Assembly (NCBI GenBank): GCA_039679445.1
Contig: JBDKUY010000025.1
Span: 12,362 to 76,361, forward strand
Reading direction: 5' to 3'
Length of the DNA: 64,000 bases
From: Methanofastidiosum sp.
GTDB taxonomy: Archaea; Methanobacteriota_B; Thermococci; Methanofastidiosales; Methanofastidiosaceae
Numbering within the stretch: position 1 is the stretch's first letter; each line of letters starts with the position of its first letter. Positions 56,852 through 64,000 of this stretch are shown here, piece by piece. The position numbers and the translations under genes were made by a program. The notes under the pieces are model-generated. The model made no database searches and had not been told where the DNA came from. It saw only the letters and a program-made list of their open reading frames with translations.

Positions 56852-56971
56852 AATTAATACCTTTAGATTTTTACATGATTGCCTTAGTCATGATGAGATA
56901 TATTATTTTATTAACTTATGGGTAAAGCTAAATCTATAGCGAATGATAAAATAATAATTAATATAAAAAAA

Positions 56972-57607
56972 TTAATCTATAAACTCAACACTTACTTCTT
57001 TTACATCCCACAGTGTTTCGATCTTTTCTTTAATCTCTTCTCTTATCGAATTGGCAAATTGATGATTAGACGGCAAATCAATTGTAAGAAAGACTTTACC
57101 GTTGTTAATTTCTATCTTTTTAATAAGATTTGTCCTTACAACATCAAGCCCGGTTAATGGATTCATTACTTTCTTTAATCTATTGTTCACAATCTCTATT
57201 GTCGTTGGTACCTTTTCTGTTATTATTCCGTGTTTTTCTTCATAATTTTGAATTGCTGCCCTTAATCCTTCAACTGCCAATACTGAGCAGTGCGCTTTTA
57301 TTGCAGGCAATCCACCTAATGCATCTGCTGCCTGTTGCCAAGTAATTTTCTTTGCTTCATCAAGGGTTTTACCCTTGGCCATATCAGTGATAATAGAGCC
57401 TGTTGCGATATTAGATGCACAACCATAGGACTCAAATTTAATATCTTCAATTACCTTAGTTTCAAAATTTACTTTTATATAAACTGAAACCATGTCCCCA
57501 CATGCAGGACTTCCTTCAGTTGCTTTGCCATCTGGATTTTCTATTTTACCTACATTATGCGGATGACGAAAATGTTCCAAGACTTTTTCACTATATGGAA
57601 ATTTCAT
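56972..57607 (-). CDS. iscU: IscU/NifU-N scaffold fused to a DUF59-like C-terminal domain
   Basis: HPHNVG, GSPACGDM, YGCASNIATGS and HCSVLA give the three Cys ligands. C-terminal NPLTGLDVVRTNLIKKIEI...VSVEF resembles DUF59. Confidence 0.75.
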   Translation of the reverse strand: MKFPYSEKVLEHFRHPHNVGKIENPDGKATEGSPACGDMVSVYIKVNFETKVIEDIKFESYGCASNIATGSIITDMAKGKTLDEAKKITWQQAADALGGLPAIKAHCSVLAVEGLRAAIQNYEEKHGIITEKVPTTIEIVNNRLKKVMNPLTGLDVVRTNLIKKIEINNGKVFLTIDLPSNHQFANSIREEIKEKIETLWDVKEVSVEFID

Positions 57608-57618
57608 TAGTATCCCCC

Positions 57619-58785
57619 TTAAGAATTTTTACCCAATGGACTAATTTTTCTAAGCTCAGCTACAACTTCGGCTATATTGTCCACAATCAAATCAACATCA
57701 CTAATCTTATTGTATCTACCAAATGTGAATCGAACAGAACCATGCGCCCTCTCGTGGTTCCCACCAATACCCATTATAACATGACTTGCCTCAAGAGATC
57801 TACTGAAACATGCAGATCCTGTGCTGACAGAAAAACCCCTCATATCAAGATGAAGTGTAATTGATTCCCCTTCTACATAATGAAAGGTAATATTAGCGTT
57901 TTGGGGAATTCTTTTTTCATTGTGCCCATTCAAAGTTGTGTCAGGTATCTCAGATAATACTCTTTTAATAAGATGGTCTCGCATCTCTTCTATTTTTTTA
58001 GTTTCTTCTAGTGTTACCAATTCGATAGCCTTTGCAAAACCTACTGCCCCGGGAATATTTTCTAATCCTGCACGCTTGTTAAATTCCTGGAATCCTCCGT
58101 CCATCCATTTTGAGAGCGGAGTATTCTCACGGATAAATAACGCCCCAGATTCTTTAGGCCCGTGTATAGTGTGGGCAGACAAAGTAATAAGATCAACGGG
58201 AATTTTCCCAACGTCAATTGGAACTCTTGTGAAGGTATGTGTTGCATCTGTATGAAAAAGCACACCTTTATTTTTACAAATGTTTGCTATTTTAGCAATA
58301 TCCTGCATTGTACCAATTTCTTGATTAGCATGTTGAATTGATACTAAAATAGTGTCTTTGCTTATAGATTTTTCAAGTTGATCAAAATCAATTAATCCAT
58401 ATTGGTCAACATCAAGATAAGTAACTTCAAACCCCTGTCTTTCAAGACTCCTTGCACTATTAAGAACTGGAAAGTCTTCAATTTTTGATACGATTATGTG
58501 CTTACCTTTTTTTTCTTTTAGTGCCATTGCAACTCCTTTGATAGCCATATTACTTGATTCAGTGCTTCCTGAAGTGAAAACAATCTCTTCAAAATTGGCA
58601 CCAAGATATTTAGCTATAAATCTTCTAGAATCTTCCAGAACTTCTCTTGCCTCAATACCTAAGGAGTACCCAAATTCTGAAGTTGCAACAGCATACACTT
58701 CAAAGAAATATTTTTTCATAGATTCAAGAACTCTCTCGTCCAATCTTGTCGCAGCCGCATTGTCAAGATAAATATTTTTTTCCAT
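57619..58785 (-). CDS. iscS: IscS/NifS-like class V fold protein lacking the PLP-binding lysine
   Basis: Overall IscS pattern (IYLDNAAAT, FTSGSTESSN, STGSAC). SGHKIYGPKG reads SAHTIHGPKE, EHKA reads EDFP, and HVDAAQ reads HTDATH. Start placed at ATG 58785 (MEKNIYLD). Confidence 0.75.
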   Translation of the reverse strand: MEKNIYLDNAAATRLDERVLESMKKYFFEVYAVATSEFGYSLGIEAREVLEDSRRFIAKYLGANFEEIVFTSGSTESSNMAIKGVAMALKEKKGKHIIVSKIEDFPVLNSARSLERQGFEVTYLDVDQYGLIDFDQLEKSISKDTILVSIQHANQEIGTMQDIAKIANICKNKGVLFHTDATHTFTRVPIDVGKIPVDLITLSAHTIHGPKESGALFIRENTPLSKWMDGGFQEFNKRAGLENIPGAVGFAKAIELVTLEETKKIEEMRDHLIKRVLSEIPDTTLNGHNEKRIPQNANITFHYVEGESITLHLDMRGFSVSTGSACFSRSLEASHVIMGIGGNHERAHGSVRFTFGRYNKISDVDLIVDNIAEVVAELRKISPLGKNS

Positions 58786-58796
58786 AATAACACCAA

Positions 58797-59252
58797 TTAA
58801 ATAAACAAGGTCATGCTTGATTCCATTGCTTCTTGGATATATGTCCCAACTGCACAATAATCATCAATTAGGTCTTGCCTTAGATCTTCAGGCTTTACCC
58901 CCATTATTTCCATAGTCATATCACAAGCCAATATTTTACCGCCAAGTTCTTTGAAGTCTGTAATCAGTTTTTCTAGAGAAGCGACATTGGCTTTTTCCAT
59001 TCTCTTCTTTATCATCATTTTTCCCAATCCCAGCATATGCATCGTTGAGAGGGGACCTTTTTCAAGTCCCCCCTTCTTCAATCTCTGAAGCCCCCAAAAA
59101 GTAAAGTATAAAGAAACTTCCATACCCATTGAAAGAGCGCCATTTCCTATTATTAAGGCACTGTAAACTTTATCCATATCGCCGCTGTGAACAATTATCG
59201 TAGCTTTATTTTTTTTTGAATTAGTTAAACCTTGCATATTCTTATCTTCCAA
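58797..59252 (-). CDS. DsrE/DsrF-like family protein (COG2210 type)
   Basis: KATIIVHSGDMDKVYSALIIGNGALSMGMEVSLYFTFWGL...ACDMTMEIMG. Confidence 0.65.
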   Translation of the reverse strand: MEDKNMQGLTNSKKNKATIIVHSGDMDKVYSALIIGNGALSMGMEVSLYFTFWGLQRLKKGGLEKGPLSTMHMLGLGKMMIKKRMEKANVASLEKLITDFKELGGKILACDMTMEIMGVKPEDLRQDLIDDYCAVGTYIQEAMESSMTLFI

Positions 59253-59449
59253 GTATTACCCCCCTCTTCAATTGATACAATCTTATACCCTAAAGCCTTT
59301 ACAGCCATTGGTATTTCCTTCTTAGAAGCAGGGTGTGTTCCCTCTATCTCAACTATATCCCCAGCTACTGCTTTTCGCAACGCTTTTCTACATTCAACTA
59401 GGGGTACAGGGCAAGTTTGACCTTTAACATCAATTTTTATTTCCGCCAT
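59225..59449 (-). CDS. tusA: TusA/SirA-like sulfurtransferase
   Basis: DVKGQTCPVPLVECRKAL (CPxP motif), 74 aa. Confidence 0.8.
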   Translation of the reverse strand: MAEIKIDVKGQTCPVPLVECRKALRKAVAGDIVEIEGTHPASKKEIPMAVKALGYKIVSIEEGGNTWKIRICKV

Positions 59450-59648
59450 TTCTTCAACTCCCTTGAGATTACAAGAATATTAATATATAGTCTTTCAATA
59501 TATTTGATTGTTCAACGTTAAAAGCCTAACTGCAATAAATAATATATATAAAAATTTTTATTACTTTTAAAAAAATATAGAATTTGGATTTATAAAATAT
59601 TCAATATAGAATAGAAGAAAAATAAAATAAACTAAATAATAATTAGAT

Positions 59649-60959
59649 TTAATTATTATTCTTTTTATCCTGATTTTTCTTTAGGATTTTTGAAATACTG
59701 GCAACAGGAAGTTCACTGTATTTTATCCATGGATAATAATTAACTTTTCCATAGATTTTAGATCCTAGAGGCCCAGCATTTGAGCCCCACCAGTTATTTT
59801 GTGCATTAAATGTATTTGTTATATCGCTATTATATACTTCATATCCATTATATCCTAATCCAGAAAACGTCTGGATAGAATTAGAATATATGTCATTGCT
59901 GTTTGCCGTGGCCTCACTACCATCATCAATAGAGAATCCCCTAACGTTGCTTTTAATTATGTTGCCTGTTATAATGTGATTACCTGAACCTACATCAAAT
60001 TTGGAATATGCAAAGACTATTCCATTAAGATTATCGTGAATGTAGTTGTTAATAATTTGCCAGTCTTTACTTGCAGCAATCCATATACCTGCACTTTGAT
60101 TATTTGAAGATGATGTACCAGTTTTCATTGTATGCCCGTATATCTCATTGTTAGTTACAATAACTCCCTTGCTCCATCCTGCAGATTTAATTCCAATGTA
60201 TTTATCTACGCTGCCTATTGCACTGCCATTGTTGTAAACTTTATTGTTTTTGATTAAGATATTCAAGTTATTTACAAAGTTAGTCGAACTGACAGCAGAT
60301 TCAACATCAATTCTTATCCCTTCTGTTTCGTTGTTGTATATTGTGTTGTTTTCTACAATAACATTATAGGTATGATTTCCATCTTGTTTTCTGCCGTATA
60401 GAACAATTCCAACGCCCGAAGAACTTGGGTCATTGTTCTTTTTCTGACCCCAAACTTCGTTGTTAGAAATAGTAGAATTTTTAACATCGTTTAACAGTAT
60501 TCCATAACTGTTTGCTGTTATTTCGTTATGCGAGATTGTAACATTACTGAGCCCAGGAAATCCTTCTCCAACATAAATTCCTGCATTTTGTGAGGTGTTA
60601 GAATCGAACCCTCCCTGTATCCTAAATCCTCGAATATTGACATTGCTTACTGTTACCTTAAAGACAGACCTAGCTTGACCCCCTCCAGTTGTTGGGGCGT
60701 TCATTATAACGCTACTAGGGATTCCGGTATTTCCAACTAGACTAACAGATTTGGTAATTATTATTGAAGAATTAAGATCATAATTTCCACCCGTGAAATG
60801 AATGGTATCTCCATTGTTTGCACCAGCTATTGCCGTATTAATTTCTCCGGCCGACATGCTTGAATCGACATTAATAGTCGCCGCACTAACGGGATTTAAT
60901 ATAGCTAAATAGGACACTAACATTAGCACGCTTATTAATATTGAATTAATTTTTTTCAT
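59649..60959 (-). CDS. Secreted right-handed beta-helix (PbH1/NosD-like) repeat protein
   Basis: Signal peptide. Repeated N-x-I-x-x-N / I-x-x-N-x-I units (ISHNEITAN, ISNNEVWG, VENNTIYNN, IKNNKVYNN, VTNNEIYG, IINNYIHDN). Confidence 0.7.
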   Translation of the reverse strand: MKKINSILISVLMLVSYLAILNPVSAATINVDSSMSAGEINTAIAGANNGDTIHFTGGNYDLNSSIIITKSVSLVGNTGIPSSVIMNAPTTGGGQARSVFKVTVSNVNIRGFRIQGGFDSNTSQNAGIYVGEGFPGLSNVTISHNEITANSYGILLNDVKNSTISNNEVWGQKKNNDPSSSGVGIVLYGRKQDGNHTYNVIVENNTIYNNETEGIRIDVESAVSSTNFVNNLNILIKNNKVYNNGSAIGSVDKYIGIKSAGWSKGVIVTNNEIYGHTMKTGTSSSNNQSAGIWIAASKDWQIINNYIHDNLNGIVFAYSKFDVGSGNHIITGNIIKSNVRGFSIDDGSEATANSNDIYSNSIQTFSGLGYNGYEVYNSDITNTFNAQNNWWGSNAGPLGSKIYGKVNYYPWIKYSELPVASISKILKKNQDKKNNN

Positions 60960-61106
60960 TGAACCACCTCATTGTAAGTCATTGACTAACAATAATGGCT
61001 CAATCTTGATATATAAATATACCCAATATTGATTAGCAATAATTAAAAATATAATATATAATATTGTAACTAAAAAGTTAATAATAAAAATAGATAAATA
61101 AAAAAA

Positions 61107-62885
61107 TTATCTGCCTATTGCATCTACAGGGCATATGTAGGCGCATAATCCGCATCCGGTGCATACTGTTGGATTAATACTTGAGTGACCATCCTTAAAT
61201 TCTAAAGCAGGACATCCAGATAGTTTGATACATGCTTTGCATGCCCTACACATAGATACTTCTACTCTGTAGATAGGCCTCTTATCTATGCCCTTTAGGA
61301 GAACACATGGCCCTCTTGATACAATAGCATATACCTGTTCACTTTCAAGTGCTCTTTTTAGAGCATCTTCAATGCTTTTTACATCAGTTGCATTTACGAC
61401 TTCAACTGGTATATCCATACCGGCAATCAACTTCTCAATAGACACAGAACTTGCAGGTTCTCCCATAGCAGTTAGCTGCGTTCCGGGATGAGGTTGATGA
61501 CCTGTCATAGCGGTAGTTAAATTGTCAAGGATCACTGCTACAATCTTAGCATTGTTATATTTGGCATTGATTAATGGAGGTATCCCTGCATGGAAAAATG
61601 TAGAGTCCCCCAAAGTTGCAACAATTGGCTCATTTACAGATTTTGCAAGACCGCATGCTATCCCAAAACTTGAGCCCATGGCAATGCATGTATCAACTGT
61701 CTGGAGAGGCCTTGAGAATCCAAGAGTATAGCAACCGATATCCGAGGGGAATATGGCCTTTCCTCTTGTTACCTTTTTTATTGCATAAAACGTTGATCTG
61801 TGTGGACATCCAGCACATAATAATGGAGCCCTATTAGGAATAGTAATATTTTTAGGTTGTTCTTTAAATACATCAAACCTAAAAAATTTCGAAAGTATTT
61901 CAGTTACTAGATCCGTAGAATACTCGCCAGTTCTTGGAAATATATTCTTCCCGTATAACTTCAAGTTCAATTGATTTTCGTATATTATAATCTTTACATC
62001 ATTTTCAATTACTGGTTCAAGTTCTTCAACTATTATGACTTTTTCTAAATCTTTAATAAATGACAAGATTTTATTTTTTGCTAAAGGATAAGAAATTCCA
62101 ATTTTTAATATTGGGGGTTTAATGCCTAAAATATTAAGAGATTCCATCAAATAATTAAAAGATGCCCCTATAGTAATTATTCCAGTCTTTCCCTCTCCAG
62201 GTATGACATAATTAAAATTAGAGTCTTCAACAAATTCTCTTACTTTTTCCATTTTATCTAAAAGTTTTTTGTGTAATACTCTTGTATGGGATGGAACAGT
62301 GACATACCTTGTAACATCCTTTGTGAATTTTCCTTCTCTCTTTTGAATATTAATTTCGCCTAACTCTACATCGCCCCTTCCGTGGCATACTCTGGTAGTT
62401 GGCCTTAAAATTACAGGTATAGAAAACAACTCAGATAGGTCATATGCAAAGATTGTCATATCCCTAGATTCTTGAGCAGAAGATGGATCTAAACATGGTA
62501 CATTTGCAAATCTAGCAAATATTCTATTGTCCTGCTCATTCTGAGAAGAATGACATTCTGGCTCATCGGCAGAAACAAGGACAAATCCTCCGTCAACTCC
62601 TGTATATGCAAGAGTCATAAATGAATCAGATGCAACATTAACTCCGACATGCTTCATTGTTACAAGGGCTCTTTTTCCCGCCCAAGATGCCCCGATTCCT
62701 ACTTCGAGTGCAACCTTCTCATTAGTAGAAAATTCAACATAAACGCCGTACTGTTTGGCAAATCGTGCAGCAGTTTCAGGAATCTCTGTTGATGGTGTAC
62801 CAGGATAGGCTGCAACAACTTCAACACCGGCTTCAAAAGCGCCTAAGGCAATTGCTTCATTGCCCATTAGAAGTTCTCTTTTCAT
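61107..62885 (-). CDS. iorA: Indolepyruvate:ferredoxin oxidoreductase alpha subunit
   Basis: LMGNEAIALGA..AGV..AAYPGTPSTEI, TPP motif GDSTFFHAG, C-terminal CRACKACIKLSGCP and CTGCGLCAYICP. Confidence 0.85.
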   Translation of the reverse strand: MKRELLMGNEAIALGAFEAGVEVVAAYPGTPSTEIPETAARFAKQYGVYVEFSTNEKVALEVGIGASWAGKRALVTMKHVGVNVASDSFMTLAYTGVDGGFVLVSADEPECHSSQNEQDNRIFARFANVPCLDPSSAQESRDMTIFAYDLSELFSIPVILRPTTRVCHGRGDVELGEINIQKREGKFTKDVTRYVTVPSHTRVLHKKLLDKMEKVREFVEDSNFNYVIPGEGKTGIITIGASFNYLMESLNILGIKPPILKIGISYPLAKNKILSFIKDLEKVIIVEELEPVIENDVKIIIYENQLNLKLYGKNIFPRTGEYSTDLVTEILSKFFRFDVFKEQPKNITIPNRAPLLCAGCPHRSTFYAIKKVTRGKAIFPSDIGCYTLGFSRPLQTVDTCIAMGSSFGIACGLAKSVNEPIVATLGDSTFFHAGIPPLINAKYNNAKIVAVILDNLTTAMTGHQPHPGTQLTAMGEPASSVSIEKLIAGMDIPVEVVNATDVKSIEDALKRALESEQVYAIVSRGPCVLLKGIDKRPIYRVEVSMCRACKACIKLSGCPALEFKDGHSSINPTVCTGCGLCAYICPVDAIGR

Positions 62886-63076
62886 GATTTATCAACGATG
62901 TAATCTTTTAAAAAACTTATTATCACAGCTATAATATATAAGAAAAGTTATTTCTTATCAAAAGTAGATTAAGATATTTTTGAATAAACTTAGTAAAAAT
63001 CATTTTAGTTAAACTTAATTAACTAGATCTAATTAATGAAAACTCTTAAAAATAAGAATCAGAGTTAATTGGTAAT

Positions 63077-63949
63077 ATGCTCCAGAAATTAGATGATATT
63101 AACAAACAAAATTCTAAGAGAATTGGGATTATAAGTTGTGAAGTATTTGAAGATGAACTTTTATTTGTTATAAAAGAACATCCCGAAATAGGTAAAATAA
63201 TTATTGTAGATACAGAGTCTTCAAAGTATTTTGAGAACGTTATCAGAAGTAATTTTCCTTATGAAAAAATAAAGATAGCTAGGGAATTATTTGCCCCAAG
63301 ATACCTCAAAAGAGAAGAAAAACTTGAATTAATAGTATATATGTTGCCACTATTTCTCCATTATAGCCCAGGAGAATTAAAAGAAGAAGTATTGAAAGCT
63401 TGTATAGAATTACAGAAACATTCTGACTATCTTCTGCTTTATTATGGATTATGCGGCAATTCCATGAATAATTTAGAGGGTATGTTGAAAGATAATCGAG
63501 TAAGAATACCTTTTGATATTCTAAAGGATGAAAATAAAGAAATAGTTGATGACTGTGTATGTGCTCTTTTAGGTAGTAAATCCAAGTATTTAGAGATATT
63601 AACTAAAGAACCTGGTACATTTTTTTTGACTCCGGGGTATGCTAGTCATTGGGGACTTTTCAGCAAAAGAAAAATTGAAACTATAGGTGAAAACCGGCTA
63701 AAAGAAATTGGAGATAAATTGGGAATTGAAAAATTTGATGGTATTGAAATGACAAAATATTTACTAAGAGAAGCGAATTATAATCAGATTGTTGCATTAG
63801 AATACGATTGTTCTAATTGCCCGGAATACAAAAATAAATGTGAAACTATATCTTCTGAAATAGATCTAAGAATGTCCTATAGAGAAGGTACTATTAGACT
63901 ATTAAATGATAGTCTTGAAAGGACCATCTCAGAAATTTATGAGAAATAA
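63077..63949 (+). CDS. DUF1638 domain protein
   Basis: IGIISCEVFEDEL...LLLYYGLCGN...FLTPGYASHW matches the remembered DUF1638 pattern. Confidence 0.55.
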   Translation: MLQKLDDINKQNSKRIGIISCEVFEDELLFVIKEHPEIGKIIIVDTESSKYFENVIRSNFPYEKIKIARELFAPRYLKREEKLELIVYMLPLFLHYSPGELKEEVLKACIELQKHSDYLLLYYGLCGNSMNNLEGMLKDNRVRIPFDILKDENKEIVDDCVCALLGSKSKYLEILTKEPGTFFLTPGYASHWGLFSKRKIETIGENRLKEIGDKLGIEKFDGIEMTKYLLREANYNQIVALEYDCSNCPEYKNKCETISSEIDLRMSYREGTIRLLNDSLERTISEIYEK

Positions 63950-64000
63950 ACTTAGTAAAATATTAAGTTTAACTTAATAAACTATGATTTGATAAGTTAT

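Overview
Visibly AT-rich archaeal chromosomal segment. Archaeal markers are a ThrRS with the archaeal N-terminal editing domain, Pth2, KEOPS Cgi121, FtsZ, a DUF373-like membrane protein and a tRNA without encoded CCA. The lineage cannot be assigned from this window. The arms (1-16.4 kb and 37.7-64 kb) carry housekeeping and anaerobic redox genes: a CooS-family protein with a 4Fe-4S protein and cupin, HxlR, ArsC, a radical SAM/SPASM enzyme, LemA/DUF2207, RHH-FtsZ, Cgi121, PurA, ThrRS, UbiX, GcvH, class II RNR, HypB, a TusA-DsrE-IscS-IscU operon and IorA. The centre (16408-37667) is the main finding. It is an integrated virus-like element of about 21 kb at the 3' end of tRNA-Arg(UCG), bounded by a 52-nt imperfect direct repeat of the tRNA 3' portion. 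It encodes an intact tyrosine recombinase, an ArdC-like protein, a Zot-like P-loop NTPase and an 84-aa two-helix hydrophobic protein that could be a spindle-virus-type capsid protein. It also encodes many secreted or membrane-anchored orphan proteins and carries a duplicated 24-bp operator-like element at its two divergent promoter regions. I could not recognise an HK97 or double-jelly-roll capsid, a terminase, a portal, a polymerase or a known Rep. Several host enzymes deviate from their family signatures. The CooS-family protein has Ile-Glu in place of the canonical C-cluster Cys-Cys. The IscS-like protein lacks the PLP lysine. The Nox/CoADR-like flavoprotein has a CxxxCxxC insertion in its NAD(P)H-binding loop. 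Caveat: five ORF disruptions in four genes sit at or next to short homopolymer or G-rich runs, so assembly errors cannot be separated from real gene decay. All functional calls rest on motif reading by eye, not on database searches.
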